From Malacoraja senta (taxonomy: Eukaryota): DNA of 64,000 bases. Position numbers and translations under genes: made by a program. This document shows positions 40,965-53,956 of this stretch, piece by piece. How positions within the stretch are numbered: position 1 is the stretch's first letter; every line of letters begins with the position of its first letter. The notes beneath the pieces were generated by a model, which did no database searches, had not been told where the DNA came from, and saw nothing but the letters and a program-made list of their open reading frames with translations. The stretch lies in the NCBI GenBank assembly GCA_038087875.1, contig CM075994.1, positions 9,612,001 through 9,676,000 on the forward strand, read 5' to 3'.

Positions 40965-43900
40965 GAAATTGGAGAAGTCAACATTCATACCGCTGGGGTG
41001 TAAACTGCCCAAGCGAAATATGAGGTGCTGCTCCACCGATTTACGGTGGGCCTCACTATGGCCATGGAGGCGGCCCAGGACAGAAAGGTTGGATTCGGAA
41101 TGGTAGGGGGAGTTGAAGTGCTGGGCCACCGGGAGATCAGGTTGGTTATTGCGAACCGAGCGGAGGTGTTGGGCGAAGCGATCGCCAAACCTACGCTTGG
41201 TCTCACCGATGTAGAGCAGCTGATCCCTAGAGCAGCAGATGCAATAGATGAGGTTGGAGGAGGTGCAGGTGAAAAATACTATGATCTTTGCCTGGCAGTC
41301 GTTACAGCTCTCAGAACAGGAAATGGAGAGGGCAGTGAAAAATAATTACTTCACAATCACAACATGCAGCAGCTGCAGAGAATCCCATTCCACTGTAAAA
41401 TACCTTTTTACAGCTACACTCCACTTCTGGTATCATACCGCCCCTATTGTGACAGAGGCAGGCACCTTCACAGTGTTCGAGTGCATGAGCCAGTCCTTGA
41501 CTTGTCAAGACATCGGCTATGAATCAAGCTGATTAGTGTAGAAATCCGAAGAAGTGTATCGACCCGTAACGTCACCCATTCATTCTGTCCACAGATGCTG
41601 CCTGAGTTACACCAGCAATTTTGTGATTATCTTAGTACAGATGAGGGTCAACATAGGCATGACGGGCTGAAGGGCCTTCTTCTGCATGCTAGTCCAACAA
41701 CCAGAGTCTTGAACTCTACACACCAGGCTATGATCCATCTTTGGTTGCACTAATGAATAGTGGCTTTTTGAATATTTGCACTAGTATCGGGGTCAATAAT
41801 TAGTTGAATTTTTGATTATATATTTTAGTTTTTTTTAGTTTAGCACGGAAACAGGCCCTTCAGCCAACCGAGTCCGTGCCGACCAGCGATCCCCGCACAC
41901 GATAACTATCCTGCACACAATAGGGACTATTTACAATTTTACCAAAGTCAATTAACCTACACACCTGTACGTCTTTGGTGTGGGAGGGAACTGGAGCAGC
42001 CGGAGAAAACCCACACAGGCCACGTGAAGAATGCACAAAGTCTGTATAGACAGCACCCGTAGTCAGGATCGAACCCGGGTCTCTGGCGCTGTGAGGCAGC
42101 AACTCTACCGCTGCGCCAACGGACCACCCCAAAAACGGGGTATTGGTGTATTATATTACAGGCCTGTTATGCTGCTGCAAGTAAGAGTTTCCCTGTTCTA
42201 TTGTCGATACATGTTACAATTAAACACTCTGAATCCTTTCGGCAATTTATCCTCAACATAGCCGGAAGTTACAGCTGTGGGGGATGTTGGAGAAACTTTG
42301 ACAAATGTCTACACCGCATCAACTAGACTCATACTCGAGGAATAGTGTTGACTATTCCATCTTATTTTTAAAACTTTACAACATTATAGACAATTGGTAC
42401 GGGAGTAGGCCATTCGGTCCTTCGAGCCAGCACCGCCATTCAATGTGATCATAGCTGATCATCCCCAATCAGTACCCCGTTCCTGCCTTCTCCCCATATC
42501 CCCGGACTCCGCTATCTTTAATAGCCCTATCTAGCTCTCTCTTGAAAGTATCCAGAGAACCTGCCTCCACCGCCCTCTGAGGCAGAGAATTCCACAGACT
42601 CACCAGTCTCTGTGAGAAAAAGTGTTTCCTCGTCTCCGTTCTAAATGGCCTACCCCTTATTCTTAAACAGTGGGCCCTGGTTCTGGACTCCCCCAACATC
42701 GGGAACATGTTTCCTGCCTCTAGCATGTCCAAACCCTTAACAATCTTATAGGTTTCAATAAGATCCCCTCTCATCCTTCTAAACTCCAGAGTGTACAAGC
42801 CCAGCCGCTCCATTCTCTCAGCATATGACAGTCCCGCCATCCCGGGAATTAAGCTTGTAAACCTACGCTGCACTCCCTCAATAGCAAGAATGTCCTTCCT
42901 AAAGTTAGGCTATGAATCTAACAACCGTGAACATTTGATTTCCGTACAAAACGACCTACTACGTTTGTCATTTGGAAGCTGCAGGTGTTCATCTTGCAAC
43001 AGCGAGCTGTCCATGCTTCTGTGTCTTGGCATTGCCGGTTATGTAGCAGGATCAGGTACAAGCAAAGCAGCTTCTTCAGTGCAGCAGCAAAGGGCAATGA
43101 AGGGCAGCAAGGTGATCACCAGCTGAGTGGAATGATGTCACAGTGCGGCCCTGACTGCAGTGATGTCACCAATTCGTGGTTATGAGGTCACAGTGGCCGC
43201 CGAGTGATGTCACCAGCCGACGGAAGTGATGTCACAGAGCTTGTCGCTTTTACTAGTTTAGCAAGTTGAGCTTAGAGATACAGCACGGAAACAGGCTCAT
43301 CAAGTCCGCACCGACCAGCCATCCCCGCACACTAACACTACCTTACATACACTAGGAACAATTTTACATTTATATACCAAGCCAATTCACCTACAAACCT
43401 GTGCGCCTTTGGAGTGTGGGTGGAAATCGAAGAACTCGGAGAAAACCCACGGGGAGAACGTACAAACTCCGTACAGACAGCACCCATAGGCAGAATCGAA
43501 CCCGGGTCTCTGGCGCTGTGAGGCAGCAACTCTGCCGCTGCACCACCGTCCTAACCCTATTCTATTGGCGGGTTGCTTCGATATCACTTGCTTTGTCAAT
43601 GCTTCAAATAACATAGAACAGTACAGCACAAGAACAAGCCGTACAGCCCACTTTATCCATGCCGAACATGATGCCAACACCAAATATGTAGGAAGGAACT
43701 GCCGATGACGGTTTAAACCGAAGACAGAGACAAAAAGCTGGAGTAACTCAGAATATCTATAGTAGACAAAAATGCTGGAGAAACTCGGGGTGAGGCAGCA
43801 TCTATGGAGCGAAGGAATAGGTGACGTTTCGGGTCGAGACCCTTCTTCAGAATATCTTTAATTCATTGTTCCATATCTCACAATTTCACCATCAATATAT

Positions 43901-45861
43901 CTCTCATTTCCCTTTCCCCCGACTCTCAGTCTGAAGAAGGGTCTCCTATTCCTTTTCTCCAAAGACGCTGCCTGACCCGCTGAGTTACTCCAGCATTTTG
44001 TGTCTGAGCCAAGACCAAAGATAGACATAAAATGCTGGAGTAACTCAGCCGGGTCAGGCAGCATCTCTAGAGAAAAGGAATAGGAGACGTTTCAAATCGA
44101 GGCCCTTCTTCAGACCGAGTGTCAGGGATCCAGTCTGAAGAAGGGTCTTGACCCGACACCTATTCCTTCTCTCCGGAGATGCTGCCTGACCCGCTGAGTT
44201 ACTCCAGAATTTTGTGTCTCTCTTCGATGTAAACTAACACCTGCAGTTCCTCCCAACACACGATGCCAAGACCATCTATTTGCCAGCACATACTGCATAT
44301 CCCTTCATTCGGTGCACATCCATGTGCCAATCAAAAAGAGTTTAGTTCAGAGATACAGCGTAGAAACAGACCCATCGGCCCACCAAGTCCGTGCCAACCA
44401 GCGATCACCCATGCACCAATTCTATCCTGCACACTAGGAACAACTTACTGAAGCCACAGAATGGAAACCCCCGCGGTCACAGCGAGAGGGAGAAATCTCC
44501 ACACAGTTCACACCCGAGGTCAGGATAAATAATGAGTAGAATTAGGCCATTCAGCCCATCCAGTCCACTCCACCATTCAATCATGGCTGATCTATCTCTC
44601 CCTCCGAACCCCATTCTCAGGCATTCTCCTCAAAACCCCAGACACCAGTACTAATCAAGAATCTATCCATCTCTGCCTTAAAAATATCCACTGACCTGGC
44701 CTCCACCGCTGTCTGTGGCAATAAATTCCAAATTCACCTCACTCGGACTAGAAATTCCTCCTCATCTCCTTCCTAAAGGAACGTCCTTTAATTCTGATGC
44801 TCCGACCTCTGGTCCTAGACTCCCACCAGTGGAAACATCCTCTCCACGTCCACTCGATTCACAGAACCCAAGTCTCTGGCTGTGAGGGAGTAGAGCTACC
44901 AGATGCTGTGCCGTCCTGAAGTCAAACTTAACAGGTCTTATCCAACTGAGTCTGACGAAGGGTCTCGACCCGAAACGTTATCAGACATCTGAACCATTGT
45001 ATCAACAAGTAGAGCAGTCCTGGGCTCCATCTACATCATTGGAGACGCTCGGACTATCCTGAATCATGCCTTACCTTGCACTAAACGCTATTCCGTTTAT
45101 CATGTATCTATGCACTGTGGACTGCTCGATTGTAATTATTGACTGGTTAAACTAAACTACCTCAGCACCGTCACTTTCCCCTCTTCAAATGGTATTTTCA
45201 ACCAGCAGACGAAGATCCTTTCAACCAACCCCTATCAGATCGCACTTTAACCATCTATTTTCCACTAAATACAAACTATATTCTTGCAACTGCCAACGCA
45301 ATTTAACATTGTTTAAGAAGGAACTTCAGATGCTTGAAAAACTCGAAGGTAGACAAAAATGCTGGAGACTCAGCGGGTGAGGCAGCACCTATGGAGCGAA
45401 GGAATAGGTGACGTTTCGGGTCAAGACCCTTCTTCAGACTGATGTGAGGGTGGGGGGGGCAGGAAGAAGAAAGGAAGAGGCGGAGACAGTGGGCTGAGGG
45501 AGAGCTGGGAAGGGGAGGGGAAGGAGGGAGAAAGCAAGGACTACATGAAATTGGAGAAGTCAATGTTGTCAATGTGTAAACTGCCCAAGCGAATGTGTAA
45601 ACTGCCCAAGCGAAATATGAGGTGCTACTCCTCCAATTTACGGTGGGCCTCACTCTGGCCATGGAGGAGGCCCAGGACAGAAAGGTTGGATTCGGAATGG
45701 GAAGGGGAGTTGAAGTGCTGAGCCACCAGGGATAGTTGGATAGTTTAGTGCATTGTCACGTGTACCGAGATGCAGTGATAATCTTTTGTTTTGCGTGCTG
45801 TCCAGTCAAAACAATAACTATAAGACGACAAACTATGGTTTGAAAGGGTTTTCAGATAGGC

Positions 45862-46603
45862 TATGGCGGCACCCGGTGTTTGGGCCACTAGCTACAAGAA
45901 CCCTCAGCAGTCCGGGGGGGGGGGGGGGGGTAGGGTCATGTGACTGGGCAATGGCAGGGAGGAGTTGTCACGGGGTATAGGGGTGTGTCTTGGTATAACG
46001 AACCCCGGGACAACCCTCTCGCTCTCTCTTTCTCTAACTTCGAGCTGACCAGCTCTCTCTCTCTTCTCTCTTCTCTCTTCAGGTGAGTGGTCCTTCCACC
46101 TCAGCAAGAGCTCAGCTCGAGACGACCAGGCAACGGCCTCGCAGCAGCAACAACAACTTTGTGTTAGAGGACCAACGTGTATGTATTTCAATAGACAATA
46201 AGTGCAGGAGTAGGCCATTCGGCCCTTTGAGCCAGCACCGCCATTCAATGTGATCATGGCTGATCATCCCCAATCAGTACCCCGTTCCTGTATTCTCCCC
46301 ATATCCCCTGACTCTGCTATCTTTAAGAGCCCTGTCTAGCTCTCTCTTGAAAGCATCCAGAGAACCGGCCTCCACCGCCCTCTGAGGCAGAGAATTCCAC
46401 AGACTCATCACTCTCTGTGAGAAAAAGTTTTTCCTCGTCTCCGTTCTAAATGGCCTACTCCTTATTCTTAAACTGTGGCCTCTGGTTCTGGACTCACCCA
46501 ACATCAGGAACATGTTTCCTGCCTCTAGCGTGTCCAAACCCTTTCGAACCTATTATGCCTGAATAAAGTAACCCGTTTATTCACGACGTTTGGTGCCTCT
46601 ACA
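45862..46603 (+). mobile_element. Solo LTR (Gypsy-like) interrupted by a CR1 fragment (~46189-46541)
   Basis: 4-bp TSD AGGC, imperfect terminal IR TATGGCGGCACC / GGTGCCTCTACA, AATAAA near the 3' end; paralogous empty site at ~49000-49040. Confidence 0.65.
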
Positions 46604-47639
46604 AGGCATTGAAAGGGAATAAAACAATTGGACGGCGGAAGCAGCAAAAATAATTGGGCCATTCTTAAAAAATAGCCAGGCAGACCAAATGGCTACACAC
46701 TGACTAACTTCACGGGTTAGTAACTTTGCTTTCCCTCTCTCTCTCTCTCCATCCCTCCCCCTTCCTAGTTCTCCAACCAGACTGTCCCCCTGATTAAATA
46801 TTATCTCTGCATGCTTCGTTGTCACCTTCTCCTGGCCAACAATTATCTAGTCTACATTTCCTTGAGCTGCATCCCCTTTAATGTCTCGTTTTCACACCTT
46901 GCACTTCCTTATCTCTGTGTCTCTCCTTCAATCTCTTGTTTTCACACCCTACCATATCTCATTTCCCTCTCCCTGACAATCTGAAGAAGGGTCTTGACCC
47001 CAAAACTCACCCGTTCCTTCTATCTGGAGAGGCTGCCTGTCCCGCTCCACCATTTAGTGTCTATCTTCCATGTAAACCAGCATCTGCAGTTCCTTCCTAC
47101 ACTGACTTCAAATTAAAGCAATAGAAATAAAATTTGGCAGATTTGAACAAGTAACAAGAGCTCCAAGAATGCACATAAATAATCAAACTCCAACAACAGG
47201 AACTCGTGGCAGATATGAATCATTTATCAGTTTGCAGTGTCTTTCACCTTAGAACTGCTACAAAAGAATTGCCTCTGCATGGCAGCATGTGTCAACGGTT
47301 TAAATTGTGTTTGTTTGCATAACTGAAATGAAAGTCACCATTAATAACTGCACGTTTCAATACAAGGTCTGTGATAAATCCTCAGAATTTCACTTGCAAA
47401 AATCCAACAAATCGTCAAAACTCCACACCTAATGACGATAACGAAATGGGTGCAGAAAAGCAAGTACCTGACAAAAATATAGAGCGTAACACAGATGAAA
47501 ACCAGATGATATCTGCCAGGAGATGGTCAGAGGTAAGATTTCATGCTTTGTCTTGTTTATAAGCGGTCGGGTGGGGATTTGGCACCGAAGAACGGGATTA
47601 ACGATAGAATGTGACCCTTATAATGGATGGGACAAGGAG

Positions 47640-47800
47640 GTAAAATGCGGCCATTACGCTTGGTCTCGGTTGAATGCTGGGAGTTGTAGTCCGCCTGTGA
47701 CATCACTGAAACCACGTTAAGCCGCTAGTCCGACACGTGGAACTACAACCCCTAGGATGCACTGCGGGTAGTTCGCCTTCACCGACTGATTCGACTGCAA
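47640..47800. promoter_or_regulatory. Promoter-like island with two oppositely oriented ZNF143/THAP11 (ACTACA-SBS) motifs
   Basis: TGCTGGGAGTTGTAGTCC at 47675-47692 (reverse complement GGACTACAACTCCCAGCA), GGAACTACAACCCCTAGGATGCACT at 47739-47763, E-box CACGTG at 47734. Confidence 0.6.
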
Positions 47801-49799
47801 AAACTAGGCAGTGGCTTAAAATTATTTCCCAACAAACCGAGCAATATTACGACCCAGCGAGACGAATATCGATTGATCTAACTTGGTAACTCTTTATTTC
47901 CCTCTCTCCCCCACCCGACTCGTTGTCCTGTCGTCCTTGGAACTTGGAACCGAAGGAACTTCAGAGGCTAGATTCTACCGAAAATAGACGCAAACAGCTG
48001 GAATAACTCAACGGGTCAGACAACATCTCTGGAGAAAGGGAATAGGTGACATTTCGGGTCGAGACCCTTCTTCAGACTGACTTCACTGTCGTCCTGTTGA
48101 GTTTCAGTCTTTATATTAATGATTAATAGACAATAGGTGCAGGAGTAGGCCATTCGGCCCTTCGATCCAGCACCGCCATTCAATGTGATCATGGCTGATC
48201 ATCCCCAATCAGTACCCCGTTCCTGCCTTCTCCCCATATCCCCGTTCCTGCCTTCTCCCCATATCCCCTGACTCCGCTATTTTTAAGAGCCCTATCTAGC
48301 TCTCTCTTGAAAGCATCCAGAGAACCTACCTCCACCGCCCTCTGAGGCAGAGAATTCCACAGACTCACCACTCTCTGTGAGAAAAAGTGTTTCCTCGTCT
48401 CCGTTCTAAATGGCTTACTCCTTATTCTTAAACTGTGGCCCCTGGTTCTGGACTCCCCCAACATCGGGAACATGTTTCCTGCCTCTAGCGTGTCCAAACC
48501 CTTAACAATCTTATATGTTTCAATGAGATATCCTCTCATCCTTCTAAACTCCAGAGTGTACAAGCCCAGCTGCTCCATTCTCTCTAATAAATTCACTAAT
48601 TGTGTGCCTCCTTAGCACTTTCTCCTCAGCTTACAATGAACCACGATTAACACAAAATGCTGGAGTAACTCAGTGGGACAGGCAGCATTTCTGGAGAGAA
48701 GGGATGTCTTCCGCAATACAGTGAAAAGCTTTTCTTTTGAGTGCTACCCAGTCAAAACATAAACTGTGAAAAGACAAACTATGTTTAAGAAAGAACTGCA
48801 GATGCTGGAAACATTGAAGGTGGACAAAAATGCTGGAGAAACTCAGCGGGTGAGGCAGCATCTATGGAGCGAAGGAATAGGTGACGTTTCGGGTCGCGAC
48901 CCTTCTTCAGACTCGACCCGAAACATCACCTATTCCTTCGCTCCATAGATGCTGCCTGGCCCGCTGAATTTCTCCAGCATTTTTGTCCACCAAAAGACAA
49001 ACTATGGTTTGAAAGAGTTTGTAAAGCAGGCATTGAAAAGGGGGGGGGGGGGATCAATTGGATGGCTGAAGCAGCCATCGACATTTCCTTGATCATCGTC
49101 TGCTTTGTTCTGTCCCCTGACCCTCAGTCTGAAGAAGGGTCTCAACCCGAAACGTCTCCCGTTCATTCTCTCCAAAGATGCTGCCCATCCCGCTGAGTTA
49201 CTCCAGCATTTTGTGTCCTGATCTTCGAAAATACAAATTCGATCTTCCCCACGTTTCAATACGTCTTTCATGGCCAGTTTGACCGCAAAGACAAAAACTA
49301 GGCGGCGACTTAAATATTCGTCCAACAAACCAAGTCATGGGCAATAGGTGCAGGAGTAGGCCATTCGGCCCTTTGTTGTCAATGCTAACACCATTAGCAA
49401 TGTTGTCAATGCTAACACCATTATGTTGACACATTCTGTTGTGCTGCAGCAAGCAAGAATGTCATTGTTCTATCTGGGACACATAACAATAAAACTCTCT
49501 TGACTTGACTCTTTCCCCTCTCTCCCCTCTCTTCCTCTCCCAACACTGAACTTGTATCTCCTGTTCTGTATTATGTTGACATATTCTGTTGTACTGCAGC
49601 AAGCAAGAATGTCATTGTCCTATCTGGGACACATGACAATAAAACACGCTTGACTTGACAATAAAACATTCTTGACTTGACAATAAAACATTCTTGACTC
49701 TCTCTTGACTTGACATTAAATCCCACTGGCAAACCCATTTAAAACAGGCATTTCATCCTCAAAAGAAAACATCTTGGGCACCGGTCAACCAAACATGCA

Positions 49800-50190
49800 G
49801 CTGTCCATTGATTGAAGGCGCCGTCGGCCAATCGGTATCCAAGGTGACGTCACGCCCCCTCCTCTGATTGGTCGTCGCCGGGAGGGCCCGCCCCTTTCCA
49901 AGTTAGGTTGTCGCCCCTCGGTCCCTCCCCCCCCTCTCCAGGCCTAGTTTGGACCTCGGCGTTTAAAATCTTTTATTTATTCCTTCCTTTCCCGTTCCCC
50001 AACCCCCCGACACCGATTAAAGCTTCTACCTTCTAGCGCGGTTGCTTCTCTGTAGACTGAGGAGAGGAGGGGGGGGCGGATTCAGTCGGCGCCTCGCCGA
50101 GTTCTTCCTCAGCCTTCGGTCGGCGCGGTCGCCGCCAAAATCCAGCCAGGCCCCACTTCCGGTGCCGCGGGCAGGAAGTGACGCGCCACC
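49800..50190. promoter_or_regulatory. CpG-rich, probably bidirectional promoter for CSNK2B/NFKBIL1
   Basis: CCAAT at 49828, CRE TGACGTCA at 49845-49852, ATTGG at 49867, a GC box, ETS CACTTCCGG at 50154-50162 and ETS-CRE GGAAGTGACG at 50174. Candidate minus-strand non-coding exon ~50160-50030 ending AAG|GTAGAA. Confidence 0.65.
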
Positions 50191-51012
50191 CTAGCAACTG
50201 AGGGGGGCAGGAGGCATCTTGTCCCTAGCAACTGGGGAGCAAGGGTCACCTGGCCCCTAGCAACTGAGGGGGCAAGATGCAGCTGGTCCCTAGCAACAGG
50301 GGGTGGGGTGTCAGGAGGCATCTGGTCCCTAGCAACTGCGGGATAAGAGGCACCTGGCCCCTAGCAACTGAGGGGTAAGATGCACCTGGCCCCCTAGCAC
50401 TGGGGGGCAAGAGGCACCTGGCCCCTAGCAACTGGGGGCAGGAAGCACCAGGTCCCCAGCAACGGGGGAACAGGAGGTACCTGGTCCCTAGCAACTGGGG
50501 GAACAGGAGGCACTTGGTCCCTAGCAACTGGGGGAACAGGAGGCACTTGGTCCCTAGCAACTGGGGGGCAAGAGGCACATGGCCCCTAGCAACTGGGGGC
50601 AGGAAGCACCTGGTCCTAAGCAACTGGGGGAACAGGAGGCACCTGGTCCCTAGCAACTGGGGGAACAGGAAGCACCTGGTCCCTAGCAACTGGGGGAACA
50701 GGAGGCACTTGGTCCCTAGCAACTGGGGGGCAAGAGGCACCTGGCCCCTAGCAACTGGGGGAACAGGAGGCACTTGGTCCCTAGCAACTGGGGGCAAGAA
50801 GCACCTGGTCCCTAGCAACTGGGGGCAGGAAGCACCTGGTCCCTAGCAACTGGGGGGCAAGAGGCACCTGGTCCCTAGCAACTGGGGGGCAAGAGGCATC
50901 TGGCCCCTAGCAACTGGAGGGTAAGGGTCACCTGGTCCCTAGCAACTGGGGGAACAGGAGGCACCTGGTCCCTAGCAACTGGGGGGCAGGACACACCTGC
51001 TGCCTAGCATCT
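50188..51012. repeat. Minisatellite, ~25 x 31-33 bp, each unit carrying CCCTAGCAAC
   Basis: Unit GGCACCTGGTCCCTAGCAACTGGGGGAACAGGA, with variants. Confidence 0.92.
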
Positions 51013-53244
51013 GTGGCTCCCTCAGGTAAAAGAGTCAATGGTTCAATGATAGAGGAAGGAACTGCAGATGCTGGTTTAAATCGAAGGAAGACACAAAATG
51101 CTGGAGTAACTCAGCGGCTCAGGCTGCACCTCTGGAGGATAGGAGTAGGTGACGTTTCAGGGTCGAGACCCTCCTTCAGAATTACTGTCAGAGGAAAGGG
51201 AAACTGGAGACATGGAAGGCTACTGTAGTTCTACAGGGCCCTAGTGAGACCACATCTGGAGTATTGTGTGCAGTTTTGCTCTCCTAATTTGAGGAAGCAC
51301 ATCCTTGTGATTGAGGCAGTGCAGCGTAGGTTCAGGATGGTGGGACTGTCACATGAGGAAAGATTGGAAAGACTGGGCTTGTATTCGCTGGAATTTGGGA
51401 GGATGAGAGGGAATCTTATAGAAACGTATAAAATTACAAAGGGACTGGACAAGCTAGATGCAGGAAAAATGTTCCCAATGATGGGGGAGTCCAGAACCAT
51501 GGGTCACACAGTTTAAGAATAAAAGGGAGGCCATTTAAAACTGAGATGACAACAAATCTTTTTCACCCAGAGAGTTGTGAATTTGTGGAATTCTCTGCCA
51601 CAGAAGGCAGTAGAGGCCCAGAGAGTTAAATAGAGCTCTAGGGGCTAGTGGAATCAAGGGATATGAGGAGAAGGCAGGCACGGGTTACTGATTGGGGATG
51701 ATTAGCCATGATCACATTGAATGGCGGTGCAGGTTTGATGGGCCGAATGGCCTCCTCCTACACCTATTTTCTATGTTACAAAGAGAATGTAAGGTGTGAA
51801 ACTGACACATTTTAAATGTGGACGTGGAGAGCAGGAGGAATCACGTGGGGGGTGGGGGGGAGGTGCAGAACTCTCGTCGGAGATAGTAGGAGGAGTGTAG
51901 TAGCCATTTAGCTTAACTCTGTATGTTATTATTATAACTAGTTGCCTTTAAAATTTATCTGCTTGTAATTATGTTGGTGGGATTTATCTGTAGTCTGAGG
52001 CGTGTTTGTGGCTGGGATTTTTCACGCAAACGCACATGTTAGTTTTAGTGATTAGTTTGGAGGAGGCATGGGGAAGGCACGGCTTTCTACCATGCTGGAG
52101 TTCTACCCTGCACGAGTTCTATCGAGCACAAGTCTGACCATGCACGAGTTCTGCCGGAGTTTGACTACAAGTAAGATTAAAATGTACTTAAACAAGAAGA
52201 AGTTTGGATGAATATCTCAGGTAGACAAAAGTGCTGGAGAAACTCAGCGGGACAGACAGCATTTCTGAAGAAAGTTATCCCTGATGAATTAGTTAATTAA
52301 TTGTATTAATTCTTGACACTCTGACCTTAAACCTATGTCCTCAAAAAGGCTGGCAGCATCATCAAGGACCCACACCATCCTGGCCACACACTCATCTCCC
52401 CGCTACATTCAGGTAGAAGGTACATGAGCCTGAGGACTGCAACGTCCAGGTTCAGAAATAGCTGCTTCCCTACAGCTATTAAACTCAAATCAAACAAAAC
52501 TCTGAACATTAATAGCCCATTATCTGTTTATTTGCATCTTATCTGTTTATTTATTCATGTGTGTATATATTTATATAATGGTGTATGGACACACTGATCT
52601 GTTCTGTATTCATGCCTACTATATTCTGATGTGCTGAAGCAAAGCAAGAATTTCATTGTCCTATCTGGGACACATGACAATAAACTCTCTTGAATCTTGA
52701 ATCTTGACTCTTGACTCATACTTCTAAACATCTTCTCATCTCCACAGCTTTTTGTTTTTCCGTTTAACGGTCTAAAATACTCTGAACATTTTCTGTTGGT
52801 TTGCAATGTTTAATTGTGAAGGTAGTGTATGATTTATTTCAATGCTCCAGTTATTCCACCTCCAGTTTAAATTCCATTTGGAATATTTTGGGGGACCAAG
52901 AAACCAAGAACCAAGATTGCTCAGTAGTTCAGTTCTGGATTGTCTGAGTTCTGCTTCCTGACTGGAACTGTTGTTCATGAGAGTTTCATTCAGGCTTTGC
53001 TCAGTGGTGCACCAGTCCTGCACTCAAACACTTCCCCTTGGGGGCAGCAGGTAGCAACAGATTTTTTCCATCTCTTTATTTATTAGTTTTGCTCTGTTGT
53101 CGTTTTGATATTGTTGCTCCCTGTTTATTTCTGGGAACTTAAAGTGTTCATTTTGCCAAAGGGGGGTGATATCTTCCTCTTGTGTCAGTCAGCATTGCTC
53201 CCTTTCCAATCCACAATGTGGCTGGAGATGAACTGCTGGGCCTT

Positions 53245-53890
53245 GTGTTGTTGAGTGTGTGTCTGTGTGTGAATGTGTGTCTGTGTGTGAATGTGTGTCT
53301 GTGTGTGAATGTGTGTGAGAATGTGTGTCTGTATGTGAATGTGTGTCTGTGTGTGAGTGTGTGTAAGTGTGAGAATGTGTGTGTGTGTGAATGTGTCTGT
53401 GTGTGAGTGTGTGTCTGTCTGTGAGTGTGTGTCTGTATGTGAGTGTGTGAATGAGTGTGTGTGTGTGATTGTGTGTCTGTGTGAATGTGTCTGTGAGTGT
53501 GTCTGTGTGAATGTGTCTGTGTGAATGTGTGTCTGTGTGAGTGTGACTGTATGTGAGTGTGTGATTGTGTGTCTGTGTGAATGTGTCTGTGAGTGTGTGT
53601 CTGTGTGAATGTGTCTGTGTGAATGTGTGTCTGTGTGTGAGTGTGTGTGTATGTGTGAGTGTGAATGTCTGTGAGAATGTGTCAGTGTATGAGTGTGTGT
53701 CTGTGTGAATGTGTCTGTGTGAGAATGTATCAGTGTATGAGTGTGAATATGTCAGTGTATGAGTGTGTGAATGCGAGTATCCGTGTCTGAGTGCATCCGT
53801 GTGTGAGTGTGTCTGTATGCGAGTGTGTCTGTATGTGTCAGTGTGTGAGTTTGTGCCAATGTGAATAAGAGTGTGTGCGTCTGTGTGTAT
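53245..53890. repeat. Degenerate (TG)n-rich simple repeat
   Basis: TGTGTGTC/TGTGAA-type units. Confidence 0.95.
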
Positions 53891-53956
53891 GGGGTTGGTT
53901 CGCGTTGGTTCGACCGCATTTGGAGTATTGTGCAAAATCCTTCCATTAAATCAGAT

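Noticed and set aside
41276..43126. Cys-rich short ORFs suggesting an LY6-type gene; GGCTATGAATC shared at ~41515 and ~42908
   Set aside because: No LU-domain cysteine spacing, CCxxxxCN motif or consistent splice sites; the shared 11-mer alone is insufficient.
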